This document shows positions 1 through 12,537 of a stretch of 64,000 nucleotides of DNA, piece by piece. Within the stretch, counting starts at the first letter, position 1; every line of letters starts with the position of its first letter. Both the position numbers and the translations under genes were made by a program. The notes under the pieces are model-generated. The model was not told the DNA's origin and made no database searches. It worked only from the letters and a program-made list of their open reading frames with translations. Source of the DNA: Trichosphaerium sp. ATCC 40318 (lineage: Eukaryota; Protista; Tubulinea); assembly GCA_038496445.1 (NCBI GenBank), contig JALMLS010000424.1:62001-126000 (forward strand). The letters run 5' to 3'.

Positions 1-187
1 AAACCCAGCATAAAACAGCGAAAATAAGCGCTAGCCACAATACAATGATAGCAGGATCGGCAACAGCCCATAATTCAGGCATATGTGATGGGTTTTGCAG
101 AATGTGGCCAATATTATCAGTGCAATACCATACACTTGACAACCATTCACTCAATAAGGTCTTTGCAACGTCCAAGTCAGCTGCCAT
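1..187 (-). CDS. 5' part of a membrane protein gene (possibly DUF1295/steroid-reductase-like), running off the window
   Basis: ATG at 187 opens MAADLDVAKTLLSEWLSSVW...ADPAIIVLWLALIFAVLCWV with no stop to the window edge. A hydrophobic helix is present. The family guess is weak. Confidence 0.5.
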   Translation of the reverse strand, partial: MAADLDVAKTLLSEWLSSVWYCTDNIGHILQNPSHMPELWAVADPAIIVLWLALIFAVLCWV

Positions 188-653
188 ACTAATAACGTCA
201 AAAAAGTAATAATGTTGGTCAAAAAATGTCGCAGTTAACAAAAAAATTGAAACGTTGCAAATTGGAGCGTCAATGTGAGCTATTAAAAGGACTGATACTG
301 TCTTTTTGCTATTTTATTGATGTGTCAATTGTGACAACACATACCAACTGTAGGGTATCGTGTAATTATAGAATGAGTGAATAGTGTCATGTCTTTCATT
401 GCACGTGTTTTTCTAGAATACGTTGACTTAACCTGGTTTCAAGTATTAGTTCTGATTTCAATTTAAACGAGCTATCGAACGTTCTAGGTGATAGTGAAGC
501 TCTACCATTCGTATTCCCTTTGTTTGAGCTTATTATCAAGGCTGGTTAATAATGTGTTGCTTTCATAGGTTTAGCCTACGTTCGTAGGGTATAAGAAAGG
601 TAACGGACGCGCTTGTGGTTACTCTTAATAAAATTTAGAACAACGCGTACAGT

Positions 654-3269
654 ATGGCTCAAATGTCACAAGCAGCGATACCACCGGAACCTCCTAAGCT
701 GAAAAAAACTAAAACGCAGGTAAACAGATTACTCATTTAAGCTACCGATTTAAATTACCATGTAGGCTTCGCATCAGCGCAATGTAGCACCTACAGAGCA
801 GCAATTCCAGCCAATCGATGAACTGCAAGTCATAGCAAAACTATCAACTCAATATCCGCTAGTATGGCGTCTAAACAAGGTCGAGGTGCGTCAATACCGT
901 TAACAGCGATAAAATCAGCAATCTAACGTAACGCTTAGGAATGGCTCGCTCTACCCTTTGTTCAGGATAAAATACAGCTGTGGACACAGCCTTGCGCTAT
1001 TAAAGTCGACTTTACAAAGATACTACCCAAAGAAATGATCTACGAGATTCTGAAGCATGTATTTTGGTTCGAAAGGGATGGATTCAGCATTGCTAAAGAT
1101 AGTATCGTCGCTGTACACCTAGGTAAGGAAAAAACAATGCAAACGAAGCCTAGTAGCAACTGAAAGTTTTTTTCTAAAAGTCAGAATTTTTTTTTCTTTT
1201 AGTGTTTTGACACTATGTCATTATCGTATTATCATCTTGACGTTATACAAACGTGCTGATATATTATTTTAATAGTAAATAAGCGATTACGGAATTGTTT
1301 GCACGAGGCTATTCATAAATACGAAATTTATCTAAACTCAATGGATTGCTGGCCTAGCGGTTTAGTAAAGGCTCCTTTAGATCATTTATTACTTAAACTT
1401 GCACCTGATCTATCTCATCATGAATTCATGAGTTGCTTGAGCTCTTTGAAGCTTAACTTTTCGACAAAAGTTTCGCTTGTAAGTCGCCTTTTGAAAAAAA
1501 AAAAGTTTTGGTTTTGTTTTATTTTTAAAACTTTTCTATTCGATTTATTTTGCCTTTATACCTATTCAATACGTTTACCGATTATTTTATTAGACATATA
1601 GACATGATTTACATTTTTGGGATATGACATGTGCCGAGGAAATTGCGTCAAAATTGAAATCACTTAGAAATCTTCGTCTTGTTTATAGAGCACCAACAGA
1701 GGATGATCCAGCTGCTAATCTTTCTACACTTACTTCTCTTTTATCAAACTTTCGATACCTAGAAGATTTAGAGATACTTGAAGAGCTTGCTGATTATACA
1801 CCTTCAGTACATGATTTCTTGGTTGAAGAGCTTCAAAATCATAAATGCTTAAAGCGTTTATCTCTTTGGGGACCTGGTATCACAACAAAATCATATACAT
1901 GGCGTAAAACGAATATGACATCTATTACAGACTTATCTCTTACAATGACAGAAAGAAGTGATCCACACAATAGCTTTGATATATCAGAGACGTTTCCTAA
2001 TATAACACAGCTTAGTTTTTTTGTTTTTGATATTGATACTGTTGCTGAGTGTGTTAACAAACTTAAACACTTGACAAAACTTGTTCTTAAAGGACCTAAA
2101 TCACGTCCTTTGATATACAATACATTAGTAGCATGCAAGGCAACACAATTGCAGTCTCTTAGTGTCTTGATAAATGAGAGTGAAGCAAAGGTTGAACCGG
2201 AGGAATTTAAGGCATTATTCACTACGCTTCCTAATATAACTTCTTTTGTTGATAATTTCTTGGTTGATGGTGCGTCCTTTTTTTCATGGATTTTTTTGCA
2301 ATGAAATTGATAATTAGCATAAAACGTTCGACGAAAAAAAGCTTTGGCAGACGATGGCATTTTTTTGTTTTCATTTTTTTCCATTTTTTGTTCGAAAAGA
2401 CTTTGTTGGTGAGTTACAAATAGTTTGTACTTTGATCAAAAATATTTTCTGACTGTTTAGTTGACAACGATTTTTTGTATGAACTTTGCTTTTTTTTTTT
2501 TGAAACTAGACGAAGTACAAGGCCACGTGATTGTTTTGAGGTTTTTTGCTTATGCTGATTTTTTAGAGGATCTCATTGCTGCATTACCTGATCATCTGAC
2601 TAAGCTTGAAATAGCTCATGGATCAACTGACTTGAGTCATCTAACAAATCTTGTTTCTCTTGGATTTTCTTTACCAAAAGAACGTGTTACACTACAAAAG
2701 AATGGAAAGGTTTTCTCTCAAAGATTAAACCATGTTATAGTAACGCTATCTAAAAAATCAGAAGAATGGTATAACAACCTCGATAGTAGCATAGAATGGC
2801 TCTTCAATGTGCGTCAATGAATGCTTTTTTTTGTTAGACGAAAAAAGTCAAAAAAAGACTTGTATTACGTACAGGGTGTCGCTTTAATTTTGTGATTTTT
2901 TATTTGGTAAATTAAGAAATGTGTAGCTACGGTGTTGTGAAAGGTTATGTTTTTTGAGTATCCCACGACATGCCTTCATTTTTTTCTTTTTTTTTTTCAT
3001 TTTTTGCCTGTATTTGACTTTTTTTCCCCTTTAGGCCCTCTTACCTGTTACTACACTAAAGTCTCTTAAAGGTACGAAACAAAAATCTTCTAAGGTTTCT
3101 TATACACAAGATTTACTAAATCTTAATATACTATATAGTACACTGGATTCGTCATGAGAGCGATGCAACACATGAACAAGGTATTTTCTGTAAAACTTCT
3201 CTAGCTGATCTTGGCCGTGCTTTGGGTATTGCAGCTGCACTTGAGATTTCAGAATATACACTTGGTTGA
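654..3269 (+). CDS. F-box / leucine-rich-repeat protein (spliced)
   Basis: F-box motif VDFTKILPKEMIYEILKH at about 1005-1060. LRR-like LxxLxL segments in ORFs 1624-2304 and 2461-2820. GT-AG introns join the exons. Stop TGA at 3267-3269. Confidence 0.75.
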
Positions 3270-3592
3270 TCATAGTGCAATGTGATTTTTAAATGAGCGA
3301 ATGTAAATAAACAAAAATAAATACAATAATTATTGTAAGAAGACGGTACAAAGAGGCAAAAAAATCATCTTAGATCACGTGTATAAGTGAAAAATCCTTT
3401 GAAAAAATACAACAAAGTTGTTTGGTGTTTTGATGAAAACGTTCTCTCGTTTTGCATTTTTACTACCTCAAGTGCCAAGATAGAAACACGCTATTCCGTT
3501 GTGGTATTTTTTTGGCTTAACTAAAACCAGCGATGCTTAATCATGCCTTTTTCAGAACAGCCGTCCATAATAGGTTTCTCTCTCTGAATACA

Positions 3593-6500
3593 ATGTATCG
3601 CCATACTTTAGCCAGTATTATGGCTGTGGCGCTGCTGATCATGCTTGTAAAAGCGCAACAAATACAATTCAAAGATTATTGTTTCCCTCCAGCAGGTATG
3701 TACCGAATACTTTGAAAACATGCGTTTATATCAATTGGGTCTGTTCTACCTACGTTTTTGGTGTAAACCGTCAACAACCGCGAAAAACGTCACCACAATA
3801 GCTTTGTTTACACGTTTACACGCTACCACGCCTCAAAATGCTTTATTTTTTCTGGCTAAACGGGTTTCTTCGTTTATCATCGTATTCATCCGTCTCCACT
3901 CTTCTAATCGTTCTATCTACGCATTAGGTTTAAAACAAGACAGTCTACAATCTATAGGAGGAGATACTTGGGCCATTGCTGGCGTACGTTCTGTTGCAAT
4001 ACATAGATACACAAAGGCATCTTGCATTGAAGTGAAATACGAGATGCTAACACGTATAATCGATATGTCATGGACTCCAGGATTTTTAGTGATTAGCACT
4101 GAGTTTAAAGGAGTTCGTAAAATAGACGTGTTCTCAACGTCTTTTACAGATGGTGATATCACTGATACTACAATTGTATTCATGCGTACACTTGAGCCAC
4201 CTGTTGGAAGTATTGCAGATAGTTATGGTGATATTGTTCATGGTGTTGATAACCATGTTGTTACAACTTTACAAGGAAGTGAAGTTGTTTTTTATAAAAT
4301 TGATAATGTTACATCAACTGTGACTGAAGAGACTATCTCTGTTGAAAGGGCTGGTGATAAACTGCCTTATTTTATACGTATTACTGACATTAAAGCTGTC
4401 AAGTTTGCTGAATCTCCACTGCAACGATTTATTGTTGCTGGAATACCAGATCCACTTTATATAAGTGACTTTAACACTGTGACGTGGTCTGTAGCATGGT
4501 TTGAAGGAAATACACTTATCGAAATGATTATACAAAGGTATACTAAATTCCCTCCTAAGGATGCATCTATACGTACGTAAGAATCCACGATCTTGAAGAT
4601 TCGAAGAAAGTCTTGAAAGTTTTACCAGTTTTTTTTTGTTTACTTTTTGTTTAGTTCTTTATCCTGGAGACCATAAAGTCGCTATCCGCTCATCTACTAG
4701 TGATCCAAATGACGAAGTTCTGGTGTTTACTGGATGTGGATTTCAGGACGCTATTGGGTATATTGGCTCTTCTGCAATAATGTCAGTTTTCACTGCAGAA
4801 TGTGAAGCTTACGGGTAATGCTTCGTTTTTTTTTGGGAAAGCTCCTACCTTCTAATTTTTTTTTCTAGGTTCCCTGAAGGTGTATGCGTTTACGGACTAT
4901 TCATAAACCCTGAGGATGGCATGTATAGTATAACAGGGTTTCATGGGGAAGTAAATAACTGTACTCAACGTTCACTTATACCAAGATTGTGGCCTGTAGG
5001 TAATATGCTTGCAGCACAGCCTGGTTTTATTATTTTAACAAGTGTTGTACATATACATATTGTTAAGCATGTTTCTTTGGGTGGTAGAGAAATATGTGGC
5101 GCTGGTCATGAGTACTCACCTATTGGGTGCGTACTGTGCCCTGTTGGCAAGTATTTAGGATACACAAAAGCGCAGCATGACTCATGTTTAGCCAACTTTA
5201 GCTCACCTGAGTGCCGCTTAGATTGCAAGGACTGCCCTGAAGGATCTTATTGTCCTGGCGGTGCTCTTCTACCTCTATACCCCGATGGATTGGTTGATTC
5301 TCTACAGTCTTATTATGGCTTTGAAGCATTGGATCCTCCTGATATAGATACAGTATTTATATCGCTTATCTTTACACTAAGATCATTACCTTTCTTCATA
5401 ACGTCGATTACTTTTCTTACAACTGCTGTATTGCTTATTGCTTGCGTTTGTATTCTACGTCATTGTGTTAAAGTTGCACGTGACTCAAGTTTTATAGATA
5501 TGCTGAAGTATATTGATTTGGACAAGTCGTCACAAATCAAACAAAACAAACTAGTGTCACGTGGTACAAGCCGTGGTGGTATCATAACCGTTATTATGCT
5601 ATTGTTTCTTACTGTTGGTATCGCTGCTATAGTATACATGTATGATAACTACGAACCTGTTGAGTATGAGTTTGATGCAGTATCTAAAGATACATTAAAC
5701 ACAAAACGTACAAAGCAACTAAGTTCTGCTTTACTTCTTGATGCTGATAGCAAGGAGCTGAAGTTCATGCTTGAGAATGAAGAGTACGTTGGCATTAATG
5801 TAGTGTTAATACTTCTTGCTTACACGTGTCTGCTTGTAGGAAAACGACTATCAACATAACAGTTACTTGGCTGCATTTTAACGGACAGTACGTCTTATGA
5901 TGCTTTTATTTTATTCTAAGTAGTTCTAATCGTTTTGCACAGATATTGTCAATGTAGCCCTAAGGTATATCGAGATAACAACTTGGTAGCAAAGCATCAA
6001 GTCGAAGGTTATAGGGATGATCTTAACGTTAGGTAAAGTACTGATCATGTTACGGAGTAGTACTTACTTTGTTTTTTAGTATGTCTGTAGTATTAAAAGG
6101 AAACTTCAATGAAGGACTTAATTATAGTTTCGCTTCTGGTAGTAGAAGTATAATAGATGGAACCTTAGATATTAGAAGCGGTCCTGCATCATTTGCTGGA
6201 ATACGAGTTGACTTGGTAACTCAAGGAAACCACCGTAAGTGCATTCATTTTATTTGTTTCCAAACCTTTTTTTTGTGTCTAAAAAGTTATTACAGCAACT
6301 TACGCAACGCACTACATACTCGCAGGTGACAATGTGTTCCTTCCCTCCCAAGTTGTTGAACTCACTATCACAACTACTTCTGTTATACGTACATCAGACC
6401 GCAAGCTTGGAAGCCAGGTAATTGATGGTACGTGCTTGCTGTTTTCATAAAAAAACCCGGTTCAGATCCGGATGAAACTTCGCTCTAATGACTTTGTTGA

Positions 6501-6940
6501 CAACAGGTTACACTGCACTTAGTTTTGGTGATGAACGTATACTTGGTGATGTATCTCTTCAAGTATCAGATGAAAAACTCTATACTGTAGAAGGTTATTC
6601 ATCAAGACTTGATATTTTATTCAAACACTCACAATCGATAATACTTGAAACAGAGTCTGTACAATTTACAGAAAAGACAGCATTGTTTTCATGTTTTATT
6701 GTTCTTACACTTATTGTTAACTTCTCTATATTATTGAACCAGCTATTAAGCTTTCTTTTATCATTGTACCATGATGTTGCAAAGAAATGTTGTGGAGTAA
6801 AACAAAAGGAAAAAAATGAACCATTATCTCTAATGATGAATGATGTTTCTGGGGTTGCGGATTCAAGAAATTCTTCTCAATCATATAAAAAATTATCTGA
6901 TCCTTCATCTTATTCGCCACCTACACAAGTTGAACAATAA
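3593..6940 (+). CDS. Signal-peptide, multi-TM membrane protein with Cys-rich (TNFR/GCC-like) repeats
   Basis: Signal peptide MYRHTLASIMAVALLIMLVKA. Repeats CVLCPVGKY...CKDCPEGSYCPGG. Several hydrophobic helices in ORFs 4921-5859 and 6488-6940. Confidence 0.65.
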
Positions 6941-7275
6941 AACTAATGAACACCTCGTCATATTCTTTTTTATTTTTTTAATTTTAAACACGTGATCAAT
7001 GAAAGTCACTAAAACAAACGTTCAAATCCCAACTTTCTTTTTTTCCCCCACACCCACAGTATGAACTTTATCAATGTGTTCCGGAAAAAAGCGGACGCTA
7101 TCAGAATCGTAACGTCATTTGTCCAAAAGCGTTAACAATTGTCTGTAACAACTGCAAGTGGTGCTTACTGGTTCTATCACTAAACAAATGATAGTGTGAA
7201 CCAATATGAATCAAAATACAGTTGTACAATGCAAAGTCTAAAAACTGTTCACTGTACAAACGTCTACGCGCAACC

Positions 7276-10185
7276 ATGCCAAAAAAGATTGATTTGGCAG
7301 TTTTTGAGGAACCGTCGACTTAACTTAACTACAACGGTCTTTTTGGCCGGTTTCTTCACTCAATATGTCGTAGCAAGGATGTATGTACGTACTGTAAACT
7401 GTTTGACATCCCAATTTGTAATTAACAGTAATAGCTTCCCAAAGACTTCACTTTTTCAGCCTGTGAGCTTATTGAGAGCGATGCGGCAAAGGCTAGTGTC
7501 ACTGCCAATGCACGGCAACAACCAGAGACACTAGACCTAATTGTTGCGATAAACGACAATGCTGTGAGGCTTTCGTACGTTTTTTAACGCGGTACGTACT
7601 TCCTAAAGCCAACAAACGGTTAGGGAAACTGCCAAACAAACTGCAATGCTTTCAATAAGGGCGTTTAATACCGCCGCCAGGGCCATGGTGAAAGAAGGAG
7701 GCAAAAAACAACAAACTTGTACGCCGCACTTGACATACTGTTTCGACGCCGCTGATAAACGCTGTAGTATTGGCGACTGCCCTAAGAGATTTGAACGAAA
7801 CACTTGAGAGAGTAAAAATACAAACTCTTGAGGCAAACGGAAACAATGAACAAAAAGACGAAGACGACGTAATACAGACACTATCAGAGGTCAGAAGATC
7901 GTACGACGCTCAAAAAAACCACCCAATCAATTATTTTCATTTTGTTCGAATGCACCTCAACTGATTTTTTGAAAGAGGTACTATTTGGCACAGGCACCAA
8001 CGTGTTTACATATATACGGATAGAACAGTACGATTAATGAACATAAAAAGAAGAATTAATCGCCAAAAAACCTGAAAAATAGCCCAAAAACTGATCTTTC
8101 TCTAGATGCTGAATAGCGCTGATATTAAATTCTTCATCGCGAATACGCGTGGAATGACAGAAGATCCGTTAGGTACGTTTTTATGTAAAGACAACTACCG
8201 ACAAAGACAAGTCGGAAAAGGAAGAGGAAAAAAAAGAAATTTTTGAATTTTTTTTGCTGACTAGTACTGTTGTAGGCTACATATTTTATGTTGTAGACAT
8301 AGGATGTTATGTCCTTGAGTTACCCAAAGAGTTTGTAAGTATTATACTTGGAGACTGGACATGTATGACTATTCCTGTACACATATACGCGGAGCCACTT
8401 CCAAAAGAATACAAAGTAACTTTGCCATAAATTAATCTCGCTGCTTACGCTATTTAGCCAGAGAGGCCAGCTATAACACCTGTATCAAAGGACGCTAATA
8501 TTTTAGAACTGCCCATTGAAGTTATTATTACTATTTGCGGTACGTCAATGGCACATCATTGAACAAACTTTTTTTTCCTATTTTTTTCTGACAAGTTGCC
8601 AATTAGATAACTTTAGTTTCTTGACGCTTGTGAAACTCGCCCAAGTTTCAAAACAGTGTAAGAAGATTGCTTATACACCTTACTTATGGAAAGTATTGTG
8701 TGATAAGATATTTCCAACAATACAAAACGGTAAAGTACGCACCAACAAAAACTTGCTTATTTAGTTGTCCTAAGACGTTTATAGGATATAGTCAACTGGA
8801 GAGACGAATTCACTCACCAAAGGCGTGTTTATGCTATCATGAGACATAAATTCACATTAATGCATACAGAACGTATGCGTCAAAGACACTGGATGGTAAA
8901 TTTTTTTTGTTCCTTCCTTGGTTGTTCCTCACCTTATTATCAGCGGTGTGGAGTTCATATGTTCCATCCTGTTAATGGTCGCCGTGGATTTGATCTTGTA
9001 AAGCCTAGTAAAGAGCTTATTGATAGTAAACCATCTCTAGATAAAATGGTTGCTATGTTAAAGAGAGAGGAGGAGTTACGTCTTTCTGATTCTGTTCAAG
9101 CAAAATTCTCCAATCCAGATAATGATGCCATACACGTTGCTGCACATGTTCAAGGTACGCTCCCACGTTTGTTTAAGTTACTTTGTGTCCATGTTTGTAA
9201 CCTGTTTAATGTGTTCTGTAGAGCAAGTTATTGAAGAGTTTGGTTACAAAGATAAGAAGGCAGTGGACTATATTCGTTGTGCTCCTGGATTGTATCCAAA
9301 AAATGAGCTCATAACAAGAATACCACATTACCAGAAGTTTAACAGAGCACGACAGGGAGATCTAACACCTGGAAAACCGGCACCTCAAGCAAAACTTGCC
9401 TACCTCAATGGCACAAACGTACTTTTTTTTTGCTATTTTTCTTGATTTATGGCTCATCTTTGTAGGTAATGTTGCATGATTATATGACGACTCACTTTAG
9501 TAATGGTAAACCGACAGTCATTATTTCTGGTTCTTATACGTGACTACCGTTTTGTTCCTATGTGGTAAGAACTGACAGCATTAATTTCTCTGAAAGAGTT
9601 TTCTAGTCTGTAGTTTTTATTTTTATCTTCGTTCAACATACTTGCCTCTGATTATTTATTTTATAGTCTGACATGCATGAATTGCTTGTCAAGCACGGTA
9701 GGAACGTTAATTTTCTGACAGGTACATAGATATTCCTTAGAATATTGTGTTGTGCTAATGTTTTCGTTTAGTGTACATTGTCGAGGCACACGCCTCTGAT
9801 GAGTGGCCTGTCGGAGACCCATTGAAAATTACGCAACCTAGAACAACAATAGAAAGATGTGGGGTCGCTAGGTCTTTCGTAAAAGAATACCAGTATCAGG
9901 TACTACTCATACCGTAATCACGTGCATGTTGCTTATTAAAAAACACTTTTTAGTTGCCTATGCTTGTGGACACGATTGAGAATAGCTTTGAGCAGGCCTA
10001 TGCTGCATGGCCTATTAGATTCTATGTTATTGAAGATGATATCGTTACATTTGTTGCCCAGCCCGATGAGATGAATACATACGACTCCATACCAGCTGTA
10101 CGTATTTTTCAAATTACAAAGTTGTTTTCTCATTCTTTAACTCTAGCGTTTGGATAAAGTCCTTACAGCAAAGTTTAGCGCTTAA
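7276..10185 (+). CDS. F-box + iodothyronine-deiodinase-like selenoprotein (in-frame TGA 9541-9543 read as Sec)
   Basis: Spliced reading gives the F-box LELPIEVIITICDNFSFLTLVKLAQVSKQCKKIAYTPYLWK, then deiodinase motifs PTVIISGSYT(TGA)LPF, VYIVEAHASDEW and VDTIENSFEQAYAAWPIRFYVI. Stop TAA at 10183-10185. Exons upstream of about 8280 are less certain. Confidence 0.85.
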
Positions 10186-10209
10186 ATAACAAAGCGTTGT
10201 AAGTTTATT

Positions 10210-10305
10210 TTCTATACATCTTTGACACGTGACTGTTTACTTTCAAATCGCCTTTAAAACTCAGCGAAAAAGTACACAAGAGAAACAAAGTAAGTTGTAA
10301 GAGAA
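10210..10305 (+). promoter_or_regulatory. SECIS element (type II) in the 3' UTR of the deiodinase-like gene
   Basis: Core GTGAC (10229-33) / AGAG (10279-82) giving tandem G.A pairs. Helix II TGTTTACTTT/AAAGTACACA (9 of 10 pairs). Apical AAA followed by ministem TCGC/GCGA. Helix I CTTTG/CAAAG. Confidence 0.85.
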
Positions 10306-10658
10306 TAAATAATATGTTAGTTAGAACTAAAAATTGGTCAACCAAAGAAACTACGTTATAAAGTTAAATCTAGATGCTTCAAGCAACGGCAAACCAAAAT
10401 TCGAAAGTTGTATGGTTGTTTATTGTGTAAATTTTAAATTAGTTACCAAGTGGTAACGCCAAGACGTAGGTTCTCCATTCAGTGTTTTGTTTGTAGGAGC
10501 CAGTAGATGAAAGGCTCTAACGTTTACTTTTGAAAAGTAGCGAAATTTCGTAAAAAACGAAATTTAGTCAAATTTCCCGCAAATTAAAATAATCCGAAGC
10601 AAGTTTTTTATGTCCGGAAGCAGGAAACCTATATCTCAAACATACGAAAACACATCTC

Positions 10659-11756
10659 ATGTTCATGAAAGCAGTATACCAATCATCATACGGTAACCCT
10701 AAGGACGTTTTAAGCTTAAGAAATGATATTCCGAAGCCTGTGCCCGAAGATGATCAAATAATCGTTAAAGTATGCTATGCATCAGTTCACCCAGATGTAT
10801 GGCATGTCGTATGGGGTTTACCGTACTTTTTAAGATTGATGGGAGCCGGTTTTTTGTCACCTATTAAGAAAATACCTGGGACGGATATGTCGGGCGTAGT
10901 AGATAGCGTTGGTAAGAACGTTTCAAAATTTAAAGAGGGACAGTACGTTTTTGGTGAAACATGCAGTAATTTCCAATGGGCAAACGCTGGTGCGTTTGCA
11001 GAGTATGTAGCAGTTAAAGAAAAAGATGTAGAGTTGAAACCGAAGAACTTGACATTCGCACAAGCATGTGGTTTACCAACATCAGGATTTATAGCGTACT
11101 ACAACCTCATGAACGAAGGCAAGTTCAAAAAAGGCCAATCAGTATTAATAAACGGCGCTGGCGGAGGTGTCGGACTTTTGACTATACAACTCGTAAAAGC
11201 ACTTGGAGGAACAGTCACAGCTGTTGACAGTAAGGAAAAGCTTGATTTAATGAAGTCTTTGGGCGCTGATGATGTCGTTGATTATGCTGAGAAGAATTTC
11301 ACTGAAAGTGATAAAAAATATGACTTGGTTTTTGATGTTCCGGGAAACTACCCAATAGATGATTGTAGAAGAGTTTTAAAAGGTTCTGAGTCTAAATACA
11401 TTTTGGTTGGACATGATAACTACGACAGAACAAGTCATCGTTGGCTTGGAAGTACGATACCGAAGATGCTTGGAGATGTTGCAAAGTACATGGTTTTTGG
11501 ACAAAAAGCAGTTGCAAAACCTATTGATGACAAGCCTGTTGCGACCACAGATAATGTTGATGTTGATTTCAATGATTATGTCTTTGGTAAAGAAAGCTCT
11601 TTGAAGGTCTTGTGTAGATTAGCAGAAGAAGGAAAGATGACCCAACCTATTGATTCTGTGTTCAGTCTAGATAAAGTTCCTGATGCTATTGAACATTTAC
11701 AAAATGGTAAAACTATTGGTAAAGTTGTTATTCAAATATGCAAAGACTACGACTAA
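10659..11756 (+). CDS. MDR-family NAD(P)-dependent oxidoreductase (quinone-reductase/zinc-free ADH-like), intronless
   Basis: Single 365-aa ORF with PGTDMSGVVDSVG, GAFAEY, VLINGAGGGVG, LGADDVVDY and GKVVI motifs. Confidence 0.92.
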   Translation: MFMKAVYQSSYGNPKDVLSLRNDIPKPVPEDDQIIVKVCYASVHPDVWHVVWGLPYFLRLMGAGFLSPIKKIPGTDMSGVVDSVGKNVSKFKEGQYVFGETCSNFQWANAGAFAEYVAVKEKDVELKPKNLTFAQACGLPTSGFIAYYNLMNEGKFKKGQSVLINGAGGGVGLLTIQLVKALGGTVTAVDSKEKLDLMKSLGADDVVDYAEKNFTESDKKYDLVFDVPGNYPIDDCRRVLKGSESKYILVGHDNYDRTSHRWLGSTIPKMLGDVAKYMVFGQKAVAKPIDDKPVATTDNVDVDFNDYVFGKESSLKVLCRLAEEGKMTQPIDSVFSLDKVPDAIEHLQNGKTIGKVVIQICKDYD

Positions 11757-11841
11757 GTAAGTACTTGAGATTTGATTATTGTATGGAGTATTAGACAATA
11801 AATAAAAAAAAAACATGTTTCTAGTATAACAGCTGTCCTGT

Positions 11842-12537
11842 TTACTGCTTGCGGTTGTTATCAAGCCAATCCTTCACTTGCTGTTGAGAGAAGTCTTTCA
11901 TTTCCAGTGCTAGCTTGTTTGTTCTCTCAGCGTCTCTGCCACACTTGAACTCTCGTAAAACGTACCTATGCGATCCAAGAGTCACCACTGCTACTTTATC
12001 CATTACTATCAGTGGAATTTGTTTGTCAAACATCATGATACATGATGGAGCATTCATCTTGGTCCGACCATCCACCCATCTCCTGAAACCAACAGTTTTG
12101 AGATTGAACGCCTTTGCAATCTGTTCTTGTAAGGCCATCATACATTCATTTGAAGTTGTGAAAGGAAATCCTGTTACATACACCTGTTTCGCACCAGCAG
12201 CATGGAAGCTGGTAACGATCTTGTTGCCAAAATATTCCACCATACCCTCATGAAGTGCGTTGTCAATGGTTTCATCCTTACTGTACGTGATAGTAACACG
12301 TGATCCTCTCGTTTTAATTGCACGTGGGGATTTATTGAGCATGCGGAAAGTGTCGTTGACCAGTCTTTTTACCTGTGAAAGGATATCGCGTTCTGTACTG
12401 GACATTTTGTAGCCCTTCAGGCCAATAATCGCAATGTTGGCAACTGTGGTATTTAGATCCAATTTTGATTTCTGCTTGATGTTTGGTTTATGTAGCGTTG
12501 ATTTTTTACTGTACACAGTTGCGTTAGGCTTAGACAC
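11842..12537 (-). mobile_element. Probable truncated ORF1 (gag-like) of a non-LTR retrotransposon
   Basis: Intronless ORF without a clear ATG. VYVTGFP...VGFRRW...APSCIMMFDKQIP...LGSHRYVLREFKC resembles the RRM-like pre-zinc-knuckle region of LINE ORF1. No knuckle or RT follows. Confidence 0.4.

Noticed and set aside
1839-2384. Antisense ORFs overlapping real exons (also 3917-4183, 31929-32285, 57701-58045)
   Set aside because: They are shadow frames of coding exons with no recognisable features.
9541-9543. TGA as a pseudogene stop or an alternative genetic code
   Set aside because: It falls at the Sec position, the downstream exons are intact and a SECIS follows. TGA is a normal stop in other genes here (for example GCLC and GH43), and Trp is encoded by TGG.
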